DNA from: an uncultured Candidatus Saccharibacteria bacterium
Lineage (GTDB): Bacteria > Patescibacteriota > Minisyncoccia > Phycocordibacterales > CAYSCM01
Assembly (NCBI GenBank): GCA_964429815.1
Contig: CAYSCM010000001.1
Span: 288,001-352,000 of the forward strand
Length of the DNA stretch: 64,000 nucleotides
Direction: 5' to 3'
How positions within the stretch are numbered: the stretch's first letter is position 1; each line of letters opens with the position of its first letter. Positions 18,437 through 28,051 of the stretch are shown in pieces. A program made the position numbers and the translations under genes. The notes below the pieces were generated by a model. It was not told the DNA's origin, made no database searches, and worked only from the letters and a program-made list of their open reading frames with translations.

Positions 18437-19051
18437 CTACCTGGCATCTGTTTTGATCATTTTAACGATTTCCGGGAATCGCTCGATGTTGAAATGTCCG
18501 TTTTTGCTCTTGAAGATAGTTATTTGCGCAGTTGGAAGTTTTGCTCGATATTTTTCTGCGTGCGCGACTGGGACAACATCGTCATCTTTCGAGAACAGAA
18601 GGTAAAGATTCTTACAGTTCTGCTGAATCATCGAAAGGTTTTTCTTAAGCTCAAAGCCTCCGGCTAGCCTGTCGCCTGGCATGTCGTCGTCAAACGGAGG
18701 ACATACGAGATATATCGAAATTGCTTTCTTGGACAGTTTGTTTTCAGAAAGATATTTAGCGAGGAAAATGCCACCGAGAGAGCCACCAATGAGAATGAAA
18801 GGTCGTCTAAGGAGCAGGAGATAATTCTCGAACATAATCTTCCAATCACGATACTGCGAATTGTCCTGCAGCGGCATTCGTGGAATCGTCACAACAAACT
18901 TGGCGCCCAGATCTTTTTGGAGATTATCGCTGTTCCAGCGGATCCGTTTACCCAGCGTTACCTTCTTAGTTTTAAGATATTTGACATATTCCTTGTCGGA
19001 CACAAAAGTATTGCCACCATGGATATAGAGGACATCTATTTTCCTTTTCAT
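18437..19051 (-). CDS. alpha/beta hydrolase (RBBP9/YdeN-like serine hydrolase) (cassette)
   Basis: GGSLGG nucleophile elbow. Low GC. Confidence 0.55.
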   Translation of the reverse strand: MKRKIDVLYIHGGNTFVSDKEYVKYLKTKKVTLGKRIRWNSDNLQKDLGAKFVVTIPRMPLQDNSQYRDWKIMFENYLLLLRRPFILIGGSLGGIFLAKYLSENKLSKKAISIYLVCPPFDDDMPGDRLAGGFELKKNLSMIQQNCKNLYLLFSKDDDVVPVAHAEKYRAKLPTAQITIFKSKNGHFNIERFPEIVKMIKTDAR

Positions 19052-19117
19052 ATTAGAACTATAGCAATAATGAGGGCCAAGATCTTCGGGTCTGTCCGAT
19101 AATAAAGTTTTCGGGCG

Positions 19118-19257
19118 GAGAGGGTGGGATTAGGTCACAAGTATTTTTCTGCTGAAAAATCTCGCGACCCCGCCTCGCGCCAGCGCTGCGGCTTTCGAAT
19201 CCCATCCCTACCGCAATGATGAATCGCGCAGACGCCTCCCCGGGCGTCTTTGCGAAT
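19118..19257. repeat. tRNA-Ser 3'-end fragment (ggagagggtgggatt) plus R1-family repeat head and palindromes
   Basis: 15-nt direct copy of the tRNA-Ser 3' end, 126 bp from the real 3' end. A ttcgaatccc T-loop-like fragment. Palindrome ccgcaatgatgaatcgcg...cgcgaatcattgcgg. Confidence 0.35.
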
Positions 19258-19262
19258 CATTG

Positions 19263-19350
19263 CGGAGAGGGTGGGATTTGAACCCACGGTCCAGTTTCCC
19301 GGACTCCGCATTTCGAGTGCGGTGCCTTCGACCAACTCAGCCACCTCTCC
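19263..19350 (-). tRNA. tRNA-Ser (anticodon CGA)
   Basis: Acceptor ggagagg/cctctcc, long variable arm, anticodon loop cuCGAaa, T-loop ttcaaat. Confidence 0.8.
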
Positions 19351-19431
19351 AACCTGCAAAACATACCATAGCTCAGACAATTTTCATCTTTGTAAGGAGT
19401 CGCACCAGGTCCGTTTCCTACACGGTGAGCT

Positions 19432-20061
19432 CTAATGCGCCAGTGCGATGAGGACGACTTCGCGCGCTCCGGGAAGCCGGAGCGCGCGTTTTGCTTCCGA
19501 GAGCGTAGCACCGGTGGTCATGACGTCGTCGACGACGATAAGAAGGCCCTCCGGCAAGGCTCCGGTCAGAGCGAAAGTCCCTTCAACATTCTGAAGCCTC
19601 CCCTGCCGGGAGAGCGAAGTCTGGGGCGCTGTGTCGCGCATCTTTTTTAAAAGTCCCGCGACACGGGCCTCGCCGAGCCTTCGTGCCGCAACGGCGAGAA
19701 CAAGCTCGACCTGGTTAAAACCCCGCGCACGCAGGCGCTCTTGCGAGAGCGGAGAGGGGATGAGAACGAGCGGGCGCTCGAGCACGCCCTCGTCTTCCAC
19801 AAACGACAGCAGGGCCTCGGCGAGTGCGCTTCCGAGAATCTCCGCACTGCGCCTATCCCTTCTGTACTTAAGCTCTCGTATGAGCGCGCAGACAAGGGGA
19901 TCTTTGTAGGAGGAGAGGACATGTATACCGTCGACAACGGTGCCGAAGGAGAATTTCGAAAGCGCTTCTGCGTCGCTTGTCGCGGCGATGAGCGCGGCTT
20001 CTCTGCGTTGCGGCAAGAGGAGGTTGAGAAGTTCCAAAAGCGCACGGCGAACTTTCTCCAT
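19432..20061 (-). CDS. comF: ComF-family phosphoribosyltransferase (competence protein ComFC-like)
   Basis: VVDDVMTTGATL PRTase motif. Divergent from pilM. Confidence 0.65.
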   Translation of the reverse strand: MEKVRRALLELLNLLLPQRREAALIAATSDAEALSKFSFGTVVDGIHVLSSYKDPLVCALIRELKYRRDRRSAEILGSALAEALLSFVEDEGVLERPLVLIPSPLSQERLRARGFNQVELVLAVAARRLGEARVAGLLKKMRDTAPQTSLSRQGRLQNVEGTFALTGALPEGLLIVVDDVMTTGATLSEAKRALRLPGAREVVLIALAH

Positions 20062-20115
20062 GACCTTAATCTAGCCACGCTAACGTTGTGGGCGCAACGG
20101 GGTATACTACAAGGA

Positions 20116-21252
20116 ATGGTACGTTTAGGTGCTTCACTTTCTTCGCTTTTTGGCGGTGTGTTTTCGCAAAAACCCGCCGAAAGCGTCGTGGGCGTCGACA
20201 TAGGCTCTTCTTCTATAAAGGTCGTACAGTTGCGGCGTAAGTCCGGCGTTCCCGTCCTTGAGACGTACGGCGAGCTCGCGCTCGGCCCTTACGGCGGAGT
20301 CGAGATCGGTCGCGCCACGAATCTAGGGCCCGACGTCATAGCCAAAGCGCTCAATGATGTTGTGCGCGAGGCCAATGTCACCGCAACCTCCGGCGGCTTC
20401 TCCATCCCCTTCAGCGCCTCACTCATTTCACTCATCGAGCTTCCGCAGGTGCCTCCCGGTCAGCTCGCCCAGATGATCCCGCTCGAGGCGCGCAAGTACA
20501 TCCCCGTCTCAATCGGCGAGGTGACGCTCGACTGGTTCGTCATACCCAAAGAAGAAGCGCGCTACCTGTCCCTTTCGGAAGATAAGGAAAAGGCGCCGGA
20601 AGCGTCCAAAATAAACGTGCTCCTTGTCGCTATCCACAATGACACGCTCAGCAAGTACCGCGACATCATAAAACAGACCAAGCTTACACCAGGATTTTTC
20701 GAGATAGAGATCTTCAGCGCCGCTCGCGCTTCACTCGAGCAAGGCATTGCACCGGTCATGGTCCTCGACCTCGGGGCTGCGACCACGAAGCTCTACATCG
20801 TCGAGTACGGCATCGTGCGTGCCTCCCACAACATCAACCGCGGCGGGCAGGACGTGACGCTCGCACTTTCCCGCACCCTCGGCGTTTCCGTCCAAAAAGC
20901 GGAGGAGATGAAGCGCGAACTCGGGCTCCTGCCGGGGCAAAACGGCACGGGGGTATCGGAGACGGCGCTCCTCTCCCTCGAATACATTTTTTCGGAAGCC
21001 AATCGTGTGCTTCTCTCCTATGAGCGGCGTTTCAATAAAAACGTCAGCAAGGTGGCCCTCGTCGGCGGCGGAGCCATTATGAAGGGACTTCTTGAGGTCT
21101 CGAAAAAACATTTCCAGACGGACGTTGTGCTCGGGAACCCTTTTGCGAAAGTCGAGGCTCCAGCGTTCCTGGAGCATGTTTTGCGACAGGCCGGGCCGGA
21201 ATTTTCCGTCGCGACGGGACTTGCCCTTCGAAAGCTCTCCGAGCAGGGATAA
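20116..21252 (+). CDS. pilM: type IV pilus assembly protein PilM
   Basis: VGVDIGSSSIKVVQL actin-like ATPase N-terminus. Start at ATG 20116 after TATACT (20103-20108). The longer track ORF overlaps comF. Confidence 0.8.
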   Translation: MVRLGASLSSLFGGVFSQKPAESVVGVDIGSSSIKVVQLRRKSGVPVLETYGELALGPYGGVEIGRATNLGPDVIAKALNDVVREANVTATSGGFSIPFSASLISLIELPQVPPGQLAQMIPLEARKYIPVSIGEVTLDWFVIPKEEARYLSLSEDKEKAPEASKINVLLVAIHNDTLSKYRDIIKQTKLTPGFFEIEIFSAARASLEQGIAPVMVLDLGAATTKLYIVEYGIVRASHNINRGGQDVTLALSRTLGVSVQKAEEMKRELGLLPGQNGTGVSETALLSLEYIFSEANRVLLSYERRFNKNVSKVALVGGGAIMKGLLEVSKKHFQTDVVLGNPFAKVEAPAFLEHVLRQAGPEFSVATGLALRKLSEQG

Positions 21253-21297
21253 CTTGCTTGGAAGAGAATGTGAGCGTCGCCTATACTATAGAGTGAA

Positions 21298-21945
21298 ATG
21301 GAACCGAAGTTCCGTACATCTTTCATTCCAAAGCAGCCCATCGTGGCCGTCCCGGCGAAATCAACGCGTCGTGGCGGCGGGCTTCTCTTTCTCGTCGCGC
21401 TCATAATTTTTCTTGCTGCAGTCACCCTCGCCGGCGCGGTATTTCTCTACCAGCAGTACCTCAAGCAGGCGATAAGCTCCAATAAAGCTTCCCTTGAACG
21501 CGCACGGGCCGCGTTCGAGCCGGCGCTCATCCAGGAACTTGAGCGGCTCGACAGCCGCATAACGGTCGCCGGGCAGCTTCTCGGGAAACATACCGCTCCG
21601 GCAGAGCTTCTCACCTTCCTCGCCGACAACACGCTCCAGGACGTGCGCTTTACCGACTTCAATTACACCGCATCTGCGGACAAGATATCGCTCACCATGA
21701 AAGGGGAAGCCAAAAGTTTCGCCGCGGTCGTCCTACAATCGGATGCATTCGCTAAAACCCACGATCTCCACGAGCCTATTTTCTCCAATCTCAATCTCGA
21801 CGATAGGGGGAATGTCCAGTTCGACTTCGCCGCGTACGTAGAACCCGGCCTCGTTTCCTACGCCGCGTCTCTCGATCGAGGGCTCGGCGCAGCCGGTACG
21901 CAGCAGGGGACGAATGGTTCACAGCACGCCACCTCAACACCATGA
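21298..21945 (+). CDS. pilN: PilN-like pilus assembly protein
   Basis: Single N-terminal transmembrane segment plus a coiled-coil periplasmic domain. TATACT 9 nt upstream. Confidence 0.5.
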   Translation: MEPKFRTSFIPKQPIVAVPAKSTRRGGGLLFLVALIIFLAAVTLAGAVFLYQQYLKQAISSNKASLERARAAFEPALIQELERLDSRITVAGQLLGKHTAPAELLTFLADNTLQDVRFTDFNYTASADKISLTMKGEAKSFAAVVLQSDAFAKTHDLHEPIFSNLNLDDRGNVQFDFAAYVEPGLVSYAASLDRGLGAAGTQQGTNGSQHATSTP

Positions 21946-22484
21946 TAAAGTTCCTTATTCCCATCATCTTCGTTGGCACCGCAGCCGGGCTCTTCTTCGG
22001 CTACATCGACCCCACATACTCGAGCGTGAAAGGGCTTAAGGGGGAGAACCAGCAGTACTCCGATGCGCTCGATAAGGCCAAAGAGCTCCAGGCAGTGCGC
22101 GATCGCCTCCTCTCCAAGTACAACACCTTCCAGGGCTCCGACCTCGACCGTCTCCAGAAGCTCCTGCCGGATGCCATCGACAACGTGCGTCTCATCCTCG
22201 ACCTCGATAACATGGCAAGCCGCTACGCAATGCGCACTCGCAACGTCACCGTAAGTAACGAAAGCGCTCCCGCGCAAGGAACCGTTGGGCCGGACGTAAA
22301 CCGTTTCGGCACGGCGACCATCACCTTCTCGGTCATCGGCTCTTATGAAAATTTCCTTGCTTACTTGCGTGACCTTGAGACAAGCCTGCGACTCGTCGAT
22401 ATCACGACTGTTGTCTTTCAGGTCAACCAGGGAAGCGACCTCAACACCTACACCATTACCGTGAAGACCTATTGGCTCAAGTAA
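21942..22484 (+). CDS. pilO: PilO-like pilus assembly protein
   Basis: N-terminal transmembrane segment plus coiled coil. ATGA-coupled to pilN. Confidence 0.5.
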   Translation: MIKFLIPIIFVGTAAGLFFGYIDPTYSSVKGLKGENQQYSDALDKAKELQAVRDRLLSKYNTFQGSDLDRLQKLLPDAIDNVRLILDLDNMASRYAMRTRNVTVSNESAPAQGTVGPDVNRFGTATITFSVIGSYENFLAYLRDLETSLRLVDITTVVFQVNQGSDLNTYTITVKTYWLK

Positions 22485-22486
22485 CC

Positions 22487-22825
22487 ATGAACTTTTTCGC
22501 AAAATACAAGAACATAACCGTCACCGTCGTTATCGCGATCCTTCTCTACCTCGGCTATTCTTATTTCTTCGGTGGCGTGAGCGCTCCGTCGAACATCGTC
22601 ACGGAGACCGCGAACCCGGCGCAGAGCGAAGTCGGCGGAGACCTTCTTCAGACGCTTCTCACACTGCGCTCGCTTACCCTCAACGAGGGGATTTTCACCG
22701 ACAAGGTGTTCGTCTCGCTCAGAGATTTCAGCCAGCCCATCACACCACTGCCTGTCGGCCGCAAGAACCCCTTCGCTCCGTTCACCGCCGCAGCGACGAA
22801 CCAAAAAGCGGGAACGACGCGCTAG
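22487..22825 (+). CDS. membrane-anchored hypothetical protein in the pil operon (PilP-like position)
   Basis: N-terminal transmembrane segment. Lies between pilO and pilB. Confidence 0.3.
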   Translation: MNFFAKYKNITVTVVIAILLYLGYSYFFGGVSAPSNIVTETANPAQSEVGGDLLQTLLTLRSLTLNEGIFTDKVFVSLRDFSQPITPLPVGRKNPFAPFTAAATNQKAGTTR

Positions 22826-22867
22826 TGCGCGGGAGGGCACAAGCGCGAGTTCGGCGTCAGGAGGACC

Positions 22868-24643
22868 ATGGAAAAACTACTTGAACTTTTAGTCGACAAG
22901 GGAGTTCTCAGCGCTTCCGATGCCGCTGCAATAAGCTCGCAAGCCACCGCCGAAGAGGGGGCCGAAGAGCAGCTTCAAAAGCGCGGCGTGAGCGCCGAAG
23001 ACATCCTTACCACAAAGAGCGATTACTACAAAGTTCCCTGGAAGACACTTGGCGACGAGACGGTCGCCATCGAGACCCTGCGCTATATTCCCGAAGAGTC
23101 GGCGGCGCACTACCGCTTCGTGCCGCTCGCACAGCGCGACGGGGTCCTTGAGGTTGGTATCCTCGACCCGGACAATATCGAAGCGCTCGATGCCCTTAAT
23201 TTCATAAGTTCGAAAATGGGTGTGCCCTACAAGGTGTTCCTCATCACCGAAGAGGATTTCAAAAAAGTCATTGGCATGTACAAGGGCCTCTCCTCCGAAG
23301 TGGGGAAGGCGCTATCCGAGCTCGGCGGGGAGCTTGGAGAGGCTGACGACCTTGAGACTCAGCTCTCGGAGGTGAAGGGGAAACTCAAAGAGGACGAAGA
23401 GCACATCAAGGAAGATGCCCCGGTCACGAAGATGGTCGCCACCATCATCCGCTATGCGGTCGAAGGGCGTGCTTCGGACATACACATCGAACCCACCGCC
23501 ACGAATGTGCGCGTGCGTTTCCGCGTCGACGGCGATCTCTACACGTCGCTCACTCTTCCCGCTGCCGTACAGAAAGCCATCGTCGCGCGCATCAAAATAC
23601 TCTCCCTCATCAAGCTCGATGAGAAGCGGAAGCCGCAGGACGGTCGTTTTTCGGCCATGGTCGACAACCGGCGCATCGATTTCCGCGTTTCGACTTTTCC
23701 CACCTCCTACGGTGAAAAGGTCGTGATGCGCATCCTTGACCGCGACAAGGGAGCCATCAAGCTCACCGACCTCGGGATGGAAGAGGAGCAGCTTGCGGCG
23801 GTCCGCGACATGATAAAGCACCCCTACGGCATCATTCTTCTCTCGGGCCCGACCGGCTCCGGTAAGTCGACAAGCCTCTACGCGATGCTCAACGAGATGG
23901 ACCGCGAAAAGAAAAACGTCGTCTCGCTCGAGGACCCGGTCGAGTATGACATCCAGGGCGTCGCGCAGTCTCAGGTCCGCCCGGAGATAGGCTATACGTT
24001 CGCTTCGGGGCTCCGTTCTATACTGCGCCAAGACCCGAACGTCATCATGGTCGGCGAGATCCGTGACAAGGAAACGGCCCAGCTTGCGGTGCAAGCGGCC
24101 CTCACCGGACACCTCGTCCTCTCGACCATCCACACCAACACGGCTGTCGGCGCAATACCGCGCCTCATCGATCTTGGCGTCGATCCGTTTCTCATCGCGC
24201 CGACCTTGATCGGCGTCATCGCCCAACGTCTCGTCCGTGTGCTCTGTAAGGGAAGCGGCAAGAAAATGCCGGTCGAAGGGAGCATCAAAATAATGCTCGA
24301 GAAACAGTTCGCTGATCTACCCGCCAAGTACCGCAGCCAGATCCCAACCGGAAAGTCCGTCTACGGTCTCGATCCGACGCCAGAGTGCCCCTCGGGGACC
24401 CGCGGGCGCACGGGGGTGTTCGAATTCCTCACCATGGATGCGGCGATCGAATCGATCATCCTCAAGCATCCGGTCGAGGAGGAGATCTGGACCATTGCGC
24501 GCGGTCGAGGCATGTTCACCATGAAGGAAGACGCGATCAAGAAAGCGATGAAAGGAGAGATACCGTTCGAGGAAATAAATACCCTCGGCGGGGCGCTCCT
24601 CACCGACGAAGAAGCGCCGCAAGGGGAAGAGGCGAAGTCATAG
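22868..24643 (+). CDS. pilB: type IV pilus assembly ATPase PilB (GspE family)
   Basis: N-terminal GSPII_E_N domain, GPTGSGKST Walker A, Asp/His boxes. AGGAGG Shine-Dalgarno sequence upstream. Confidence 0.9.
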   Translation: MEKLLELLVDKGVLSASDAAAISSQATAEEGAEEQLQKRGVSAEDILTTKSDYYKVPWKTLGDETVAIETLRYIPEESAAHYRFVPLAQRDGVLEVGILDPDNIEALDALNFISSKMGVPYKVFLITEEDFKKVIGMYKGLSSEVGKALSELGGELGEADDLETQLSEVKGKLKEDEEHIKEDAPVTKMVATIIRYAVEGRASDIHIEPTATNVRVRFRVDGDLYTSLTLPAAVQKAIVARIKILSLIKLDEKRKPQDGRFSAMVDNRRIDFRVSTFPTSYGEKVVMRILDRDKGAIKLTDLGMEEEQLAAVRDMIKHPYGIILLSGPTGSGKSTSLYAMLNEMDREKKNVVSLEDPVEYDIQGVAQSQVRPEIGYTFASGLRSILRQDPNVIMVGEIRDKETAQLAVQAALTGHLVLSTIHTNTAVGAIPRLIDLGVDPFLIAPTLIGVIAQRLVRVLCKGSGKKMPVEGSIKIMLEKQFADLPAKYRSQIPTGKSVYGLDPTPECPSGTRGRTGVFEFLTMDAAIESIILKHPVEEEIWTIARGRGMFTMKEDAIKKAMKGEIPFEEINTLGGALLTDEEAPQGEEAKS

Positions 24644-24694
24644 TCTGTTGAAAAGCGGCGCGGATAGGCTCATGAGGGCGGTATACTGAGGGGC

Positions 24695-25081
24695 ATGGCA
24701 CTCCAGAGCAAATCGATCCTCATCGTCGACGATGACCGGTTTCTCATCGATATGTACTCGCTGAAGTTCAAAGAAGAAGGGTTCACGGTCTCCTCGGCGC
24801 AGGGCGGGGAAGAAGCCATCAGCAAGCTCTCGACTGAAGCTCCGGACGTCGTACTCCTCGATCTCATCATGCCGGGCGTCGACGGCCTCGAAGTGTTGCG
24901 GACCGTTCGGGAAAAGAATCTTGCGAAAGACACCACGTTCATCGTGCTTAGCAACCAAAGCCAAACCGACGACATAGCGCGCGCCAAGGAGCTCGGCGCC
25001 AATCACTACATCGTCAAGGCGAGCGCCGTACCCTCCGAAGTGGTCGCTGAGGTGCGCAAAAAATTAGCACAAACGTCATAA
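24695..25081 (+). CDS. stand-alone response-regulator receiver (CheY-like) protein
   Basis: ILIVDDD ... phospho-acceptor Asp in VVLLDLIMPGVDG ... conserved Lys. Confidence 0.75.
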   Translation: MALQSKSILIVDDDRFLIDMYSLKFKEEGFTVSSAQGGEEAISKLSTEAPDVVLLDLIMPGVDGLEVLRTVREKNLAKDTTFIVLSNQSQTDDIARAKELGANHYIVKASAVPSEVVAEVRKKLAQTS

Positions 25082-25085
25082 TCGT

Positions 25086-26147
25086 ATGGACTATAAAAAA
25101 GAGCTCGTCGAACTTATCGAGACCGTCATAGCGGAGGGCGCTTCCGACCTCCACTTCACCGCCGGTCGACAGCCGACCATCCGCGTTTCCGGCTCGCTTC
25201 TTCCCCTTATCAAAAAACAGACGCTAACACCCGCCGATACCCTCGGCTTCCTCACCGAGCTCTTGCGGCCGGAGAAGAAAAAAGAATTCCTCGACACCCA
25301 GGAGATCGACTTCTCCTACGCCTTTAAGGACAAAGGACGTTTCCGCGGCAACGCTTTTTTCCAGCAGGGCACCATCGCGGTAGCGCTGCGCCTCATTCCT
25401 CGTGACATCCGGCCTCTCTCCGAGCTCAACTTGCCGCCCATTCTCGGAGAATTTACCAAGCGCGAACAAGGTTTCTTCCTGCTCGTGGGTCCCGTCGGGC
25501 AGGGAAAGTCGACCACCCTTGCGGCGCTCCTTGAGATGATCAACCAGGAGCGCTCTGAGCATATCGTGACCATCGAGGACCCGATCGAGTACCTTTTTCA
25601 GCCGAAAAAATCCCTCGTCGAGCAGCGCGAGGTGCGCATCGACACCAAGGATTTCCACATCGCGCTTAGGCAGGTATTCCGTCAGGACGTCGACGTCATT
25701 ATGATCGGCGAGATGCGATCGCCGGAGACCATATCGACCGCGGTCACCGCCGCGGAGACTGGCCACCTCGTCTTCTCGACGCTCCACACCAACAACGCCG
25801 CCCAGACCATCGACCGCATTATCGACTCGTTCCCCTCCGGACAGCAGGAGCAGATCCGCATCCAGCTTGCCGGCTCGCTTGCGGGTATTTTCTCGCAGCG
25901 CCTCATCCCGCGCATCTCCGGGGGGCTTGTGCCGGCCTATGAGCTTCTCATCAATAACGCTGCAGTCGCCAACCTCATCCGTGAAAAGCGCTCCCACGAG
26001 ATAAACACCGTCATCGAAACGGGCGCCGACCAAGGCATGATCGACATGAATCGCTCCCTTGCGGAGCTGGTCCGGCGGGGCGAAATTACGGTGGAAAACG
26101 CCTTCATGCGCTCCCTTAATCCCAAGGTTCTGGAGCGCCTCGTCTAG
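25086..26147 (+). CDS. pilT: twitching-motility / pilus retraction ATPase PilT
   Basis: GPVGQGKSTT Walker A, PilT signature region, about 350 aa. Confidence 0.9.
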   Translation: MDYKKELVELIETVIAEGASDLHFTAGRQPTIRVSGSLLPLIKKQTLTPADTLGFLTELLRPEKKKEFLDTQEIDFSYAFKDKGRFRGNAFFQQGTIAVALRLIPRDIRPLSELNLPPILGEFTKREQGFFLLVGPVGQGKSTTLAALLEMINQERSEHIVTIEDPIEYLFQPKKSLVEQREVRIDTKDFHIALRQVFRQDVDVIMIGEMRSPETISTAVTAAETGHLVFSTLHTNNAAQTIDRIIDSFPSGQQEQIRIQLAGSLAGIFSQRLIPRISGGLVPAYELLINNAAVANLIREKRSHEINTVIETGADQGMIDMNRSLAELVRRGEITVENAFMRSLNPKVLERLV

Positions 26148-26149
26148 CC

Positions 26150-27358
26150 ATGCTTTTCTCCTATAAAGCCATCGACGAAACAGGTGCCGCACGTGAGGGT
26201 ACCATCGATGCGGTCTCGCAGGACGCCGCGATAGCGGCCTTGCAGCGGCGAAATCTGGTCTTGACCTCCATTGGTGAAGCCGGAAAAGGCGGCGGACTCT
26301 CGCTCAATCTCGCTATTTTTGAGAGGGTTAAGTCGAAGGATATTGTCTTTCTCTCGCGCCAGATCTCGACCCTCTTCGAGGCTCAGGTCTCAGCGCTTCG
26401 TGTCTTCCGCCTCCTTGCCGCGGAATCGCCAAGCCCGGTGCTCGGTAAAAAATTGGCCGACGTCTCCGACGAGCTCCAGGGGGGAAGTTCCATCAGCAAG
26501 GCTTTGAGCAAGCACCCCGAGGTCTTTTCCGATTTTTACGTCAACATGGTGCGTGCGGGGGAAGAGTCGGGAAAACTCGACGAGATTTTCCGTTACCTTG
26601 CCGACTACCTCGACCGCTCCTACGAGGTGACCTCGAAGGTGCGCAATGCCCTTATCTATCCGGCGTTCGTCATCGTAACCTTCGTCGTCGTCATGATACT
26701 CATGCTCACCCTCGTCATCCCGAAGCTCTCCGTCATTCTCCTCGAGGCGGGGCAAAAAGTCCCCATCTATACGCGCATCATAATCGGGCTTTCGCAATTT
26801 TTCGTGAACTACGGCGTCTTTCTTTTCATCCTCGCCGGCATCGGCGGCGTCTTCGCCTGGCGCTTCGCGCGCACGAACAACGGGAGCTACTATTTCGATT
26901 CCCTTAAAATAAACATCCCCTACGTCGGAGACCTCTATCGCAAGCTCTACCTCTCTCGCGTGGCGGACAATCTATCCACCATGCTCCAGAGCGGCATCCC
27001 CATGGTGCGCGCTGTCGAGATATCTGCCTCCGTAGTCGGCAATTCTGTCTACCAGAAGGTGCTCCTCGAGACGCTCGAGAGCATCAAGGGCGGTATCTCG
27101 CTCTCCGATACCCTGGCGCGCTACCCTGCGGAGATCCCGGGCATTCTCGTCCAGATGACGCGGGTAGGCGAGGAGTCCGGCGAGCTCGGCTCTATCCTCA
27201 AGACCCTGGCCAAGTTCTACCAACGCGAGGTAAGCAATGCCGTCGACACCTTGGTGGGGCTTATCGAACCGGTCATGATAGTGGCGCTCGGCCTTGGCGT
27301 CGGCATCCTTCTCGCGGCAGTACTCCTACCCATCTACAACATCGCAAGCGCGGTGTAG
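26150..27358 (+). CDS. pilC: type IV pilus platform protein PilC (GspF family)
   Basis: Two T2SSF repeats and three transmembrane helices. Confidence 0.85.
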   Translation: MLFSYKAIDETGAAREGTIDAVSQDAAIAALQRRNLVLTSIGEAGKGGGLSLNLAIFERVKSKDIVFLSRQISTLFEAQVSALRVFRLLAAESPSPVLGKKLADVSDELQGGSSISKALSKHPEVFSDFYVNMVRAGEESGKLDEIFRYLADYLDRSYEVTSKVRNALIYPAFVIVTFVVVMILMLTLVIPKLSVILLEAGQKVPIYTRIIIGLSQFFVNYGVFLFILAGIGGVFAWRFARTNNGSYYFDSLKINIPYVGDLYRKLYLSRVADNLSTMLQSGIPMVRAVEISASVVGNSVYQKVLLETLESIKGGISLSDTLARYPAEIPGILVQMTRVGEESGELGSILKTLAKFYQREVSNAVDTLVGLIEPVMIVALGLGVGILLAAVLLPIYNIASAV

Positions 27359-27482
27359 AGCCCTGCTACGGCCGTCTCGTTATCCACACGCGCCTGCGTG
27401 GGGCATGGGGTAGCGACGTATACTTATGGCGTACGCTTTAGCATAAAAAGCGGTCGAAATTTAACGGTATTAATCAGTAACC

Positions 27483-27977
27483 ATGTTTACAAGAACTACT
27501 ACATCCAAAGGCTTCACCCTCATCGAGCTCCTCGTGGTCATCGCCATCATCGGCATACTCTCCTCGGTCGTCCTTGCTTCGCTTTCGACCGCTCGTGCCA
27601 AGAGCCGTGATGCAGCACGTGTCGCATCGCTCAAGGAAATGGCGAAATCCATTGCGCTTGCGGACGCAGACCCCGCTCCTGCACTTACGACCTGCACGGC
27701 AGCCGGCGCCAAGGCGAACACCTGCAATGGTCCCTCACCGGTCAACTTCGCAAGCTACTGCGACCCAACAGCCGGTTGTGGCGGCACAGCGTGTACGACG
27801 ACCAATGGCTCGGCTTGTCAGTATGCGATAGGCAAGGCAACCCTCGCAACGGCCAACCCAACCACCCAAAGTTGGGAGATCTGTATCTTCCTCGAAACCG
27901 GCGCAGGTTCGCTGAGTTCGGGTATGGTCCATTCCGGCTCCGATACCGGCGGCGGCGTCGTAGCGACCTGCAACTAG
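27483..27977 (+). CDS. type IV pilin paralog 1
   Basis: Prepilin signal KG|FTLIELLVVIAIIGILSSV (class III signal, N-methylation domain). Cys-rich C-terminal D-region. Confidence 0.8.
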   Translation: MFTRTTTSKGFTLIELLVVIAIIGILSSVVLASLSTARAKSRDAARVASLKEMAKSIALADADPAPALTTCTAAGAKANTCNGPSPVNFASYCDPTAGCGGTACTTTNGSACQYAIGKATLATANPTTQSWEICIFLETGAGSLSSGMVHSGSDTGGGVVATCN

Positions 27978-28051
27978 CCTCTATTTCTCACGAAATATCG
28001 AAATCCCCAGCGGTCGCTGGGGATTTCGCTTTATAGCGCTATACTTTTCCT

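Larger units (their letters stand above)
15593..19140 (-). mobile_element. integron-like gene-cassette array lacking an evident integrase (CALIN-like), abutting tRNA-Ser
   Basis: Five unrelated low-GC ORFs of cassette size. Each of the upstream four is followed by a conserved attC-like repeat. A tRNA-Ser 3' fragment lies at the proximal end. Confidence 0.35.

Noticed and set aside
23312-24226. 304-aa minus ORF inside pilB. Similar shadow ORFs at 25224..26192 and 32433..33524.
   Set aside because: Opposite-strand frames of pilB, pilT and ligA. Low-complexity Arg/Asp-rich with no motifs.
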